Origin: Escherichia coli | Lineage (GTDB): Bacteria; Pseudomonadota; Gammaproteobacteria; Enterobacterales; Enterobacteriaceae | DNA length: 64,000 nucleotides | NCBI RefSeq assembly: GCF_044324785.1 | Contig: NZ_CP172127.1 | Reading direction: 5' to 3' (one strand) | Shown here: positions 51,770 to 61,400 of the stretch, piece after piece | Layout of the letters: the number at the start of each line of letters is the position of its first letter | Numbering within the stretch: the stretch's first letter is position 1 | Notes under the pieces: model-generated | Databases searched by the model: none | Told to the model about the DNA's origin: nothing | What the model saw: only the letters and a program-made list of their open reading frames with translations | Made by a program: the position numbers and the translations under genes

Positions 51770-52714
51770 GTGAGTGAAAAAGTTAACAAAATCACTATGA
51801 TTCATGACGGGGCGTTAAAGAAGACGCTTGAAGATCCCGCAGCAGTAAGGGACTTTCTTGAACAGGTCTTGACACACGATCAGATATCCCGCTGTAATCT
51901 TGATACAATAGAAGTTGAAAAGAATTCGTTCGTGACGGAAAGTTTGCGTCAGCATGCCTGTGATGTTTTGATCAGCATGAAGACAAACGACGGCAGGGAC
52001 GGATACATTTATACCTTAATCGAGCACCAGAGTTCGCCGGATAAATTCATCCCGCTGCGTATGATGCGATATATCCTGGCTGTAATGGAGCAACATGTTG
52101 AAAAGCATAAGTGTGCACCTGTGGTGATCCCCGTGCTGTTTTATCATGGTGCAGTGCGGCCATATCCGTATCCGCTGAACTGGGTGGATTGTCTGGATGA
52201 CCCGGAGTACGGACGTGAGATTTATGGCGAGTCAAAGCCATTCAGTCTGGTGGATGTCAGTACGCTTGATGATGATGAAATTGAGCAGTATCGCCGGATG
52301 GCGGCGCTGATGTACACCATGAAGTCCGGAACTCAGGGTGATTTGATTGAGCTGATTGGTAAATCGATCACACTGACGGATAAGTATGGCAGCAGCGTTC
52401 ACCTGAATACGGTGCTTACTTATCTGATGGAACTTTACCAGATGGATGTTGCTGAACTTTTTGAAGCAATATCCACACACTATCCCAGCCACAAGGGGGT
52501 GATTATGACGATAGCGGAACAACTGGAAGAGAAAGGCCTTGAGAAAGGCCGTGCTGAAGGTCTTGCTGAAGGCCGTGCTGAAGAGCGTCAAAAAGCGCTT
52601 GCAGAAACCTATGCATCTGTCCGTCGCATGAGTGATATGGGGATGTCAACAGAAGTTATTAAGCAAGCTCTTCAGCTTTCTGATGAACAGATTCAGGAAG
52701 CGCTTAATAATTAA
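51770..52714 (+). CDS. Rpn-family recombination-promoting nuclease (YhgA-like, PD-(D/E)xK)
   Basis: About 315 aa from GTG after RBS GGAGG; motifs IHDGALKKTL, DVLISMKTNDGRDGYIYTLIEHQSSPDKFIPLRMMRY, VIPVLFYHG are collinear with E. coli YhgA-like proteins. Confidence 0.75.
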   Translation: MSEKVNKITMIHDGALKKTLEDPAAVRDFLEQVLTHDQISRCNLDTIEVEKNSFVTESLRQHACDVLISMKTNDGRDGYIYTLIEHQSSPDKFIPLRMMRYILAVMEQHVEKHKCAPVVIPVLFYHGAVRPYPYPLNWVDCLDDPEYGREIYGESKPFSLVDVSTLDDDEIEQYRRMAALMYTMKSGTQGDLIELIGKSITLTDKYGSSVHLNTVLTYLMELYQMDVAELFEAISTHYPSHKGVIMTIAEQLEEKGLEKGRAEGLAEGRAEERQKALAETYASVRRMSDMGMSTEVIKQALQLSDEQIQEALNN

Positions 52715-52781
52715 CCTCACATCGTAATGATGTGGCAGAGCGCGACTGATGCGTCAGAATGCGTGATGCCCTGTGAACACA

Positions 52782-52810
52782 GCGCCTGCCATTGTGCAGG
52801 CGTTTTTTTT
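52782..52810. terminator. Strong rho-independent terminator after the Rpn gene
   Basis: CGCCTGC-CATTGT-GCAGGCG followed by T8. Confidence 0.75.
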
Positions 52811-52904
52811 GTCAACCGGAAATCAGTTGTTCATTGAGCCTCCCCTCACTTCTTCTGCAAATTGACCTCTGACTTTATCACTTCACTGCAGAGGTAATTC
52901 CCTG

Positions 52905-53483
52905 ATGAAAATATCCCTTCTTTTTTCCGCGCTGTCTGCCTGTGTGTTGCTGGCGGGGTGCCAGAGTCCGCAAAAACTGCAGCAGAGGGCGGCTGCCGTC
53001 CCGGTACCGTCGGTGACAGTCAGCAACAATGTCCGTCCGGCAAATCCGGATGTGTACGCCGGTGCGGCGACACCGGAGGTGGTGCGTTATGACCGCTATC
53101 TGCTGGTTAACACGGCACCGGATACGGTACAGCGTGACCCGCTTTCCCAGGTGATTGACATCCGCATTCCGGCATCACTGAAGCCGACGGTGGCGGATGC
53201 GATGCGTTATGCCCTGAAACAGTCCGGCTACACACTCTGCGCCACGGGGCCTGCCAACGGTGTGCTCTACCGTCAGCCGCTACCGGCCGTGCAGTACCAG
53301 ACCGGGCCGGTCAGACTGCGGAGCGCGCTGCAGATGATGGCGGGGCCGGCATGGCAGCTTGAGGTGGATGATGTGCAGCGCGTGGTCTGTCACAGTCTGC
53401 GTGAGGGTTATCAGTTACCGGCACGCCAGCTGGCGCCGGTACCGGCGGTGGTGAAGGTATCCGGTGCGGAGCAGAAAAAATGA
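52905..53483 (+). CDS. pilL: PilL-like lipoprotein (first gene of the GI-type T4SS module)
   Basis: 192 aa; lipoprotein signal with lipobox LLAGC; position and size match the PilL-like gene of PAPI-1/SPI-7-type elements. Confidence 0.6.
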   Translation: MKISLLFSALSACVLLAGCQSPQKLQQRAAAVPVPSVTVSNNVRPANPDVYAGAATPEVVRYDRYLLVNTAPDTVQRDPLSQVIDIRIPASLKPTVADAMRYALKQSGYTLCATGPANGVLYRQPLPAVQYQTGPVRLRSALQMMAGPAWQLEVDDVQRVVCHSLREGYQLPARQLAPVPAVVKVSGAEQKK

Positions 53484-54259
53484 GTGAAAAGCAACAGGAG
53501 ATATCAGCCGCTGCAGGTGGTTCAGGTGGCACCACACCGTCAGGAAGGGCGAAACGGCGTCCCTCTCCCGGTCTGTTCGCAGGGCTGGTGACGGTGGTGA
53601 TGATGGCGATCGCGGTTGCCGGTCTGGTTCGTTATACGGGAGAGCAGGACAGGCGAATGACTGCGCTGGCGGTGCAGATGAAGGCGTATTCTGATGCGCT
53701 CGCCTTGTCCGGAACGGAACTGGTACCACTGAGGGAGAGGCTGGCTGAGACCGAAAAACAGCTGAAGAGTGTGGCGGAACGTATTTCTCAGCTGGAAAAG
53801 CGTCCTGCACTGACGGAGGAAGAGCATGCGCGTACGGGAGAGATGGCCGCCAGCCTGGCATCACTGCAGACCTCACTGGCGCAACAGGGAGAAACGCTTC
53901 GCACGTATGAGCAGCGACTGGAGAAGGTGGAGAAGACTTCAGTCACCCCGGTATCACCGTCATCTGCGAAAGGCGCGGGCGGGACGATGAAGGGCACAGC
54001 GGCGGTTGCGCCACAGAAGAAACGAATGTCTGCCGGCGTGCCGGTGGTCAGTCGTACCGCGCCGTTTGTTCTGACCGGGACAGAGCAGCGGGGAGGCCGT
54101 ACGTATGCGGCAGTGGCCCCCCGTGGATTCAGCAGTCTTGCTGATGTGACGTTACTGGGTGAAGGGGAGAGCACGACAGGCTGGGTGCTTGAGCGTGCAG
54201 GACGTGGCGAGGCCACGTTCCGGGTGAATGGTCGTCAGGTCCGGGTCATGGTGGAGTGA
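53480..54259 (+). CDS. Conserved ICE T4SS-region protein (coiled-coil, one TM segment)
   Basis: 259 aa; TM helix LFAGLVTVVMMAIAVAGLV then coiled-coil; translationally coupled. Confidence 0.5.
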   Translation: MSEKQQEISAAAGGSGGTTPSGRAKRRPSPGLFAGLVTVVMMAIAVAGLVRYTGEQDRRMTALAVQMKAYSDALALSGTELVPLRERLAETEKQLKSVAERISQLEKRPALTEEEHARTGEMAASLASLQTSLAQQGETLRTYEQRLEKVEKTSVTPVSPSSAKGAGGTMKGTAAVAPQKKRMSAGVPVVSRTAPFVLTGTEQRGGRTYAAVAPRGFSSLADVTLLGEGESTTGWVLERAGRGEATFRVNGRQVRVMVE

Positions 54260-54263
54260 GAAA

Positions 54264-54983
54264 ATGAAGCTGAAAAGTCTGTCACTGGCGCTCATGCTGC
54301 TGTCCCTGCAGGCGATGGCCGCCGTACAGGAGAGTACGCAGCAGGGAACGCGCACCTCCTCATCCTCTCAGGTCAGTACCACCACACAGGAACTGCAGCA
54401 GCAGGCCGGGCAGTGGGGACTCAGTGAGGAAGATTACCGGCGTTACCGTACCCTGATGGAAGGTCCCCGCGGTATTCAGTCTCCGGGGCTGGACCCGCTG
54501 ACGGTACTGGGGATTGAAGCGCGGACGGATGCAGAGCGCAGGGTGCTGGCCGAAAAATGGGTTAAAGCTGAGTATGAACGCACTGAGAAGGAACTGGCTT
54601 TCCAGCGTGAAGTGAATGCCGCCTGGAAACGGTTGTATCCGGGGGTGATGCCGGTCAGCCTGGGGAATTCTGCCGGCATCGCCCGTGACACCGGGGGACG
54701 TCTTGCCCTGTTTGTCAGGTCGAAAGACTGCAGTACCTGTGATGCGCGGCTGGCCGCCGTGCTTTCATCCGGTCGTCAGGTGGATATTTACCTGGTCGAC
54801 AGTCAGGGAAATGATGAAAAGCTGAGGCAGTGGGCCCGGGAGCACAGTATCCCGGCAGACCGTGTGCGCAGTCGCCACATCACGCTGAACCATGACGGCG
54901 GTCGCTGGCTGCGGTTTGGGGAGGGGAGAATGCCGGTGGTACTTCAGCAGGGGGCTGACGGATGGCGCGTGGCAGCCTTCTGA
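54264..54983 (+). CDS. Conserved ICE periplasmic protein (signal peptide; CxxC thioredoxin-like motif)
   Basis: Signal peptide MKLKSLSLALMLLSLQAMAA; CSTC motif; RBS GGAGTG. Confidence 0.5.
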   Translation: MKLKSLSLALMLLSLQAMAAVQESTQQGTRTSSSSQVSTTTQELQQQAGQWGLSEEDYRRYRTLMEGPRGIQSPGLDPLTVLGIEARTDAERRVLAEKWVKAEYERTEKELAFQREVNAAWKRLYPGVMPVSLGNSAGIARDTGGRLALFVRSKDCSTCDARLAAVLSSGRQVDIYLVDSQGNDEKLRQWAREHSIPADRVRSRHITLNHDGGRWLRFGEGRMPVVLQQGADGWRVAAF

Positions 54984-55618
54984 TGTCGCTGCTGCTGATG
55001 GCAGTCAGCATTCCGGCGGGGGCGGCGCTGCATGATATCCCGGAGGGATACGTGCGTGTGGCGGAACAGCATGGTGTTCCGGCAGAAGTACTCTATGCCG
55101 TCTCGCTGACCGAGACGGCCATGGTCCCCTCCGCCATTGGTGCTGTAATGAAAAAACGGAATGAGGATTACAGGGTACCAGCAGTGGCACGTCCCTGGCC
55201 CTGGACCATCAATGTGGCGGGCCGGGGATACCGCTATGCCAGTCGACTGGAGGCCTGGCAGGCCCTCCAGGTTTTTCTGAAACGATATCCGGCCCGACGG
55301 ATTGATGTGGGGATAGCCCAGGTCAATCTGGGCTGGAACGGGCACCGTTTTGCGTCCACATGGGCGGCATTTGACCCGTACACCAGTCTGAACACGGCGG
55401 CGGTCATCCTGAGAGAATGTCGCCGTCGCCATCCTGACAGCTGGCTGCAGGCTGCCGGCTGTTATCACCATCCGGCAGGCGGCGCACCCGCAGTACGCTA
55501 CATCGCGCTGGTGAGGCGGCATATTGACCGCCTCCACCGTGATGCGGTCAGTACGTCAGGTGTGACTGCCATGAATCCCCGTTATATCCGGACAGAACCC
55601 CGGGAGTTAACCCCATGA
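54962..55618 (+). CDS. Lytic transglycosylase (SLT domain, VirB1-like)
   Basis: 218 aa with signal peptide; SLT-type motifs (EVLYAVSLTETAM, PWPWTINV, IAQVNLGW). Confidence 0.7.
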   Translation: MARGSLLMSLLLMAVSIPAGAALHDIPEGYVRVAEQHGVPAEVLYAVSLTETAMVPSAIGAVMKKRNEDYRVPAVARPWPWTINVAGRGYRYASRLEAWQALQVFLKRYPARRIDVGIAQVNLGWNGHRFASTWAAFDPYTSLNTAAVILRECRRRHPDSWLQAAGCYHHPAGGAPAVRYIALVRRHIDRLHRDAVSTSGVTAMNPRYIRTEPRELTP

Positions 55619-56142
55619 AACGATTTAAACGATATGTCATGACGACCGCAACGGGTCTGTTGCTGTGCGCGGCTCAGGCCGGCGCGGAGCTCAGGGTGAT
55701 TGCTGACCTTGGTGGCAGTGATGCCGGCAGGTTTTATGAAGCAATAAACCGCCAGGCGGACAGCGGAACGTCGTCGCCTGTCACGGCGCTGCTGCCGCAG
55801 GGGGAGAGTGCGATGCTGCCTGTTTCCACGCCGGAAATGTCTCCCGGAGAGGTGACGCCGAGGCCACTGCAGTTACCGGGGCTGGGGGCACTGTTCCTCG
55901 TGGGGGATGATGCACTCTCCCGTCAGTGGCTGCAGGCGAATGCGGCCGCGCTGCTTGAAAGGAAGGCTGCCGGTATGGTGGTGAGCGTGACGAATGAGAG
56001 CGGTCTGCAGGCGCTGCGGGCGCTGGCTCCCGGTGTGATGATGGTACCGGCTTCCGGTTCAGCACTGGCCCGCCGTCTGCAGCTTGACCACTGGCCGGTG
56101 CTGATAACGGACAGTGGTATCAGCAGTGTGGTGATGCCGTGA
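55615..56142 (+). CDS. Conserved ICE secreted protein
   Basis: 175 aa with signal peptide (LLLCAAQAGA); operon context. Confidence 0.5.
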   Translation: MKRFKRYVMTTATGLLLCAAQAGAELRVIADLGGSDAGRFYEAINRQADSGTSSPVTALLPQGESAMLPVSTPEMSPGEVTPRPLQLPGLGALFLVGDDALSRQWLQANAAALLERKAAGMVVSVTNESGLQALRALAPGVMMVPASGSALARRLQLDHWPVLITDSGISSVVMP

Positions 56143-56732
56143 TGCAGAGACAACTGACGGACCTGTTACAGGAAGGCGCGTGGCACGGCATTCTGCTGTG
56201 CGTTCTGGTCGTGCTGTTTCTGTTTTTTCCGCGCCTGTGGGGGCGATGCAGGCATCGTGAACGCGCCAGTGAGCGTCGTCACCGCCGTTACCGCGCTGCG
56301 GCTGAACGTGTGCTGACAAAGCTGCCGGAAGGTGGGGCGGGTGTGAAATACCTGCGAAAAATTAACCCGTATGTGTTTGAAGAACTGCTGCTTCTGGCGT
56401 TTGAACGCAGGGGGATGGCGGTCATCCGTAACACACGTTACAGCGGAGATGGTGGCCTGGATGGTCAGGTGCTGATTGACGGCGAGCGGTGGCTGATTCA
56501 GGCCAAACGTTACGGACGGACCATCCGTCCGTCGCATATTGATGATTTTGGTGACCTGCTGCGCCGTGAAGGCTGCCGTGGATTTTTTATTCACACCGGT
56601 CGTACGGGACCTGCCAGCCGGGCACGGCTGGCGCTGTGGCCGGATATTGAGCTGGTCAGCGGGCAGCGTCTGCTGAAACTGCTGAACGGGGCATTGCTGC
56701 CGGATGAACTTACCAGAGGAGCGCGGAGATGA
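56139..56732 (+). CDS. Membrane-anchored restriction-endonuclease-like (Mrr-cat, PD-(D/E)xK) protein
   Basis: 197 aa; N-terminal TM helix (ILLCVLVVLFLFF), then Mrr-catalytic-like motifs YVFEELLLLAFERRGM, SGDGGLDGQVL, LIQAKRY. Confidence 0.6.
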   Translation: MMQRQLTDLLQEGAWHGILLCVLVVLFLFFPRLWGRCRHRERASERRHRRYRAAAERVLTKLPEGGAGVKYLRKINPYVFEELLLLAFERRGMAVIRNTRYSGDGGLDGQVLIDGERWLIQAKRYGRTIRPSHIDDFGDLLRREGCRGFFIHTGRTGPASRARLALWPDIELVSGQRLLKLLNGALLPDELTRGARR

Positions 56733-57241
56733 TGACGGTAAAACGGATGTTTATGTTTTTATTCAGAATAACGATTGTCTGGCCATCCGTGCTGACAGGA
56801 TGCGTGATGATGCTGTATTTCGCGAAGGTCGCCGGCGGTGGTGTGGCGGGACTGGAGCAGCGTTACGGGGTGGAATCCGCCCGCTGGCGTGATGCGCCGG
56901 AAGGGATGGTGATGACAGTGCAGTGCCCGTCGCGTCCCTTTATGGCGTCTGTGAGCACCGGGGAGTGGCGTGCACTGGCTGCATCTGATGATGAATGCAG
57001 CCAGGTTTCGCGCTCTTTCAGAGAAGCTGCAGAGGGCGATGCGCAGTCGCTGCGCAGAGTGGCAGTGACACTGCTGCTGGCATCCGTGGTTCTGGAAGCG
57101 TTTTCAGCCTGCATTCTGCGCCGGGTAACGGCATCCGTCCGGGTATCACCACACTGTGGATATGGCTGCGGACGTGGTGCGGTGGCGCACTGGCCAGAGA
57201 GCAGCGTTCACACTGCACCGGAGAAAGGAGAGCGGGTGTGA
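56729..57241 (+). CDS. Conserved ICE lipoprotein
   Basis: 170 aa; signal peptide with lipobox-like LTGC. Confidence 0.5.
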   Translation: MMTVKRMFMFLFRITIVWPSVLTGCVMMLYFAKVAGGGVAGLEQRYGVESARWRDAPEGMVMTVQCPSRPFMASVSTGEWRALAASDDECSQVSRSFREAAEGDAQSLRRVAVTLLLASVVLEAFSACILRRVTASVRVSPHCGYGCGRGAVAHWPESSVHTAPEKGERV

Positions 57242-58023
57242 ACGTTTCATTTACTGAACAGGTGCAGAGGGATATGCCGCAATGGGCGAATGACCCGTTA
57301 CTGGCATGGGATGCCACCGCGTTTGCGGCAATGTCGGATTTTATTACAGAGCACTACTGGACGGGACAGGGCAGCATCAATGTGTTCCGCATTGTGGGAA
57401 CTGACCATCCACAGTATGCCGGAATGACCTGGCTGGAGCTGCTGGAGCGCGGTAACCGTATGGACATCAATATCCCGTTACTGGAAAAAAATCCGGGATA
57501 CTACACGCAGGCAGAGCAACAGCATGCCGGGATGAGTTTTGTCAGCACGGATGGCGTTGACTGGTATGTCAGTGCAGACGGCAATCACCGCAGTTGCCTG
57601 GCACGCTTTCTGTTTCACCTGCAGGGGGAGGAGCGCACACAGCTTCACAACGTGGCACAGAGTATTTATCACACAGACCGGGCGTTCTGGTCTGCCTGCC
57701 GGGAAATCCACAACCTGACTGACGCGCTGTCCCGGCATGGTGTGTATATCCGTCTGCAGACCCGACGGCAGTGTGTTGCCCGCGAAGACCTGGCCTGCTG
57801 GAAAGTGGACCGTTTCAGCACAGAGGCGCAGCTGACAGTGGATGACGTGCGTGCCGGCGGACATGATATGCCTGCGGTGTATAAGACGTTGCTGCTGAAT
57901 GCAGCAGACGCATGGCGTGAGGTGATGGTATTACAGCGCAGACTGGAGGCGCTGTCTGCATCACCGGGGAACGATTTGCCACGCACATGGTGGCGACGTC
58001 TTTTACGGAAGGGGGACATGTAA
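57238..58023 (+). CDS. Conserved ICE T4SS-region protein
   Basis: About 261 aa from GTG overlapping upstream stop; RBS AGGAGA. Confidence 0.5.
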   Translation: MNVSFTEQVQRDMPQWANDPLLAWDATAFAAMSDFITEHYWTGQGSINVFRIVGTDHPQYAGMTWLELLERGNRMDINIPLLEKNPGYYTQAEQQHAGMSFVSTDGVDWYVSADGNHRSCLARFLFHLQGEERTQLHNVAQSIYHTDRAFWSACREIHNLTDALSRHGVYIRLQTRRQCVAREDLACWKVDRFSTEAQLTVDDVRAGGHDMPAVYKTLLLNAADAWREVMVLQRRLEALSASPGNDLPRTWWRRLLRKGDM

Positions 58024-60140
58024 TGAGCAACCGCTATGTCATTGAGGCATTGCTGAGACCGGCTGTGGAGTTCAATACGGCAGTGGTGGCAGCAACAGCA
58101 GCATGTATCTGTGTGACAGCCCCCTGGGCGGTGGCGCTGGCACCCACCGTCAGTTACGCCACTGCCGGTGGATTTGCCCTGCTGGCCGTGGTGCGTTTCC
58201 GGCAGGGGATGAACATCATCCGGTATCGCCGTAATCTGCGCCGGCTGCCCCGCTATGTGATGAGTACACGGCAGATCCCGCTCAGCCGTCAGCGGCTGTT
58301 TCTGGGGCGGGGATTTCGCTGGACCCAGAAGCATACCCAGCGTCTCCAGGATACGCTGCGACCGGAGGTGGCACACTATCTGCAGCCGGGCGGACTTTAC
58401 CGGCTGGCGCGCTGGCTGGAAATGAAAACGGAACACCGTCTGCCCGCGCTGGGGAAACTGCTCCGGCATGAGTCGTCGCTGAATCCTGTGCGTCCTCTGC
58501 CGCCGGTGGGGGGAAATCCCGCCCTGCATGGTATTGAGCCGGATGAACAGGATGTGACGCTGGCTCTGGGGGAGCGTGTGGGGCATACCATTGTCTACGG
58601 CACCACCCGTGTCGGTAAAACCCGCCTGGCAGAACTGCTGGTCACTCAGGATATCCGCAGGGGAGAGGTGACCATTGTGTTTGATCCCAAAGGTGATGCT
58701 GATCTGCTGCTGCGTGTCTGGGCGGAAGCACACCGTGCCGGGCGGGGTGATGAACTGTATATTTTCCATCTGGGATGGCCGGAAATTTCGGCCCGATATA
58801 ATGCGGTGGGACGCTTCGGGCGTGTTTCGGAAGTGGCTTCCCGTGTGGCCGGTCAGTTGTCCGGTGAAGGGAACTCGGCGGCTTTCCGCGAGTTCGCCTG
58901 GCGGTTCGTCAACATCATTTCCCGCGCCCTGGTGGCACTCGGTGAGCGCCCGGACTACCTGCTGATTGTGCGGTATGTGAACAACATAGCCGATCTCTAT
59001 ATCCGCTATGCCGGAAAGGTGATCCGCGAGCGCATGCCGGAACTGGAGCAGGCGATTGCGAATAACCAGAATGTGATCAGCGAGGAGGATGTTCCCCGCA
59101 CCATGCAGAACCAGCCGGATGCGGTACGTATCTGGTCCATCGAGATGGCCCTGAGCAGTGAGGAGGGTAAAAAAATTTACGATCCGATCCTGGACGGGCT
59201 TCGCAGTGCGGTCCGCTATGACCGTACCTATTTTGACAAAATCGTGGCGTCCCTGCTGCCGCTGCTGGAAAAACTCACCACGGGCAGGATCGCAGAGCTG
59301 CTGGCACCGGACTATCTGGACATGAACGATGCGCGACCGATTTTTGACTGGGAACAGGTGATCCGTAAAAAGGCGGTGGTCTATATCGGCCTGGATGCAC
59401 TCAGCGACAGTGTGGTAGCCAGTGCTGTGGGGAATTCGATGTTTGCGGACCTGGTGAGCGTGGCGGGGCATATCTACAAGCACGGCATGCATGCCGGTCT
59501 GCCCGGTAAGGGGGAAGGCAAAAATGTGGTGAACCTGCACTGCGATGAGTTTAACGAACTGATGGGGGATGAGTTTATTCCGCTCATTAACAAGGGGGGC
59601 GGTGCCGGTATGCAGGTCACCGCGTACACCCAGACATCGTCAGATATTGAAGCGCGTATCGGTAATGCAGCCAAAACGGCGCAGGTTCAGGGAAACTTCA
59701 ACAACATGATCATGCTGCGTGTCAGGGAGAACAGGACGGCAGAGCTGCTGACCACACAACTGCCTCAGGTGGAGATCTACACCAAGACGCTGGTCTCCGG
59801 TCACCAGGATACGGCGGACGTGTCTGCCGGTCAGGATTTCACGTCCAGCACCCAGGATCGTGTCGGCACGGTGAAGGTACCTCTGCTGGAGCCGTCAGAT
59901 ATTGTCACCCTGCCCAAGGGACAGGCGTTTGCCCTGCTGGAAGGGGGGCAGTTGTGGAAAATCCGGATGCCGCTGCCGGCAGGGGATACGGATGACGTGC
60001 TGATGCCGGAGAACATTGCCCGGGTGGCAGAGGCGATGAGACAGAACTATCACACCGGTGAAGGATGGTGGAATGAGCCGCCGTCAGCGCAGGCCGCCGG
60101 AACAGATGAAGGAGGCGGATATGGCGGAAGCGCGTCGTGA
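58023..60140 (+). CDS. traD: Conjugative coupling protein TraD (VirD4-like, PAPI-1/PFGI-1 class)
   Basis: About 705 aa; N-terminal TM segments, Walker A GTTRVGKT, large cytoplasmic ATPase domain; ATG overlaps upstream stop (TAATG). Confidence 0.85.
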   Translation: MSNRYVIEALLRPAVEFNTAVVAATAACICVTAPWAVALAPTVSYATAGGFALLAVVRFRQGMNIIRYRRNLRRLPRYVMSTRQIPLSRQRLFLGRGFRWTQKHTQRLQDTLRPEVAHYLQPGGLYRLARWLEMKTEHRLPALGKLLRHESSLNPVRPLPPVGGNPALHGIEPDEQDVTLALGERVGHTIVYGTTRVGKTRLAELLVTQDIRRGEVTIVFDPKGDADLLLRVWAEAHRAGRGDELYIFHLGWPEISARYNAVGRFGRVSEVASRVAGQLSGEGNSAAFREFAWRFVNIISRALVALGERPDYLLIVRYVNNIADLYIRYAGKVIRERMPELEQAIANNQNVISEEDVPRTMQNQPDAVRIWSIEMALSSEEGKKIYDPILDGLRSAVRYDRTYFDKIVASLLPLLEKLTTGRIAELLAPDYLDMNDARPIFDWEQVIRKKAVVYIGLDALSDSVVASAVGNSMFADLVSVAGHIYKHGMHAGLPGKGEGKNVVNLHCDEFNELMGDEFIPLINKGGGAGMQVTAYTQTSSDIEARIGNAAKTAQVQGNFNNMIMLRVRENRTAELLTTQLPQVEIYTKTLVSGHQDTADVSAGQDFTSSTQDRVGTVKVPLLEPSDIVTLPKGQAFALLEGGQLWKIRMPLPAGDTDDVLMPENIARVAEAMRQNYHTGEGWWNEPPSAQAAGTDEGGGYGGSAS

Positions 60141-60882
60141 TGCGGAACGCAGCCCGCAGTCCCGGGCGCCCCGTCAGCATGGTCTGCTGTACAATCTGGT
60201 GTGGGGCTGGCCGTGGGCACTGGTGGGGCTGATTTTATCCTCCCTGCTGCTGAGTCTGTTGATTGAGTATGCCGGTATGACGTTTTTCTGGAGTGAGGAG
60301 GGGGCGGCGCACAGCCGCGCTGTCATGAACACGGAGCTGGGCTGGCTGTCAACGGAGTTCACCCGCAGTCTGCTGCTTTCCGCGCCGGCAGAAACGGTGC
60401 CGGCGTGGATTTCCGCCGCGTATCAGTGGCTGTTTGTGGACAGTGGCATGCAGACATGGCTGCATGCACAGCAGGCGGGGACGGCGGCAGGCAGAAGCGT
60501 GTCTGAATTCAGCAGTGAGCTGAGTCAGTGGCTGGCTTATCATCTTCATGACTACCTGCTGGCGACGGTGTATGTGACGGTGGTGACGATGGTCAGGGTG
60601 GTTATTCTCGTCCTGTCCGTTCCGTTGTTTGTGATGGTGGTTCTGGTGGCCGTTGTGGAGGGGCTGGGGCGCCGTGATTTGCGGCGTTACGGCGCGGCTT
60701 ATGAGTCCAGCTTTGTCTATCATCATGCAAAAAAATCAGTCAGACCGGCGATTTATGTCCCCTGCATTATTTACCTTTCCTGGCCCGGCGCGGTATATCC
60801 GAACCTGCTGATATGGCCGGCGGCCATGCTGCTGGGACTGGCGGTTACCGTGACTGTGGCATCGTTCAAAAAATATCTCTGA
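60121..60882 (+). CDS. Conserved ICE integral membrane protein
   Basis: About 253 aa; RBS GGAGG; several TM helices (WPWALVGLILSSLLLSLLIEYAG..., VVILVLSVPLFVMVVLVAVV). Confidence 0.6.
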   Translation: MAEARRDAERSPQSRAPRQHGLLYNLVWGWPWALVGLILSSLLLSLLIEYAGMTFFWSEEGAAHSRAVMNTELGWLSTEFTRSLLLSAPAETVPAWISAAYQWLFVDSGMQTWLHAQQAGTAAGRSVSEFSSELSQWLAYHLHDYLLATVYVTVVTMVRVVILVLSVPLFVMVVLVAVVEGLGRRDLRRYGAAYESSFVYHHAKKSVRPAIYVPCIIYLSWPGAVYPNLLIWPAAMLLGLAVTVTVASFKKYL

Positions 60883-60965
60883 TTCATGCGCCGGACACCC
60901 CGGTGCAAAACGTGTTTTGTGGCGGGGTGTCGGCAGACAAGCCACGTACTGACTGTCACAGCGCG

Positions 60966-61157
60966 TCAGCGTAAGAGCACCGGCAGCAAGGGAATGACAA
61001 CAATGGTGATGACGATGATGAGCAGGTTGATGCCCCTGATGACGTCATATAACCAGACAGGGCACTGTGGCTCTTCCCTGACGATATATAACACAACAAA
61101 AAACCAGGTAAGACTGAACAGGGCCCGGTACGGAAGGGCGGTGAGGAGAAATTCCAT
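60966..61157 (-). CDS. Possible small two-TM membrane protein, antisense to the T4SS operon
   Basis: 63-aa ORF with two hydrophobic helices in the gap between operon genes; no clear RBS. Confidence 0.2.
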   Translation of the reverse strand: MEFLLTALPYRALFSLTWFFVVLYIVREEPQCPVWLYDVIRGINLLIIVITIVVIPLLPVLLR

Positions 61158-61400
61158 GCTGATGTTTCCTCTTTACGGGGGGTCATTAGCGGGAAACTGT
61201 AGTGATGACCTGTTTCAGTAAACAGAAAAAATCATTAAAGATGGAATAAAATTGCGCCCCGGCGCGGGGATATGTTCCGGCATTCAGCCATGTCCGTTTT
61301 CCCTTAAAAATTTTCAGTTTTACAAATAGAGTTTATCGCTGACCGGCACACCTGCCTTCTTCATGCTGTACGCACCCACAGATTCTTAACGGAGGTGCGT

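Noticed and set aside
52905-54259. Type IVb pilus operon (pilL-pilV) as in SPI-7
   Set aside because: Only a PilL-like lipoprotein is present; no secretin, prepilin peptidase or pilin genes follow. The downstream genes are conjugation (T4SS) components.
57669-59540. 623-aa minus-strand ORF
   Set aside because: Lies entirely antisense to the TraD coupling-protein gene, whose sense frame has the Walker A motif; composition is Arg/His/Cys-rich, typical of antisense frames in GC-rich DNA.
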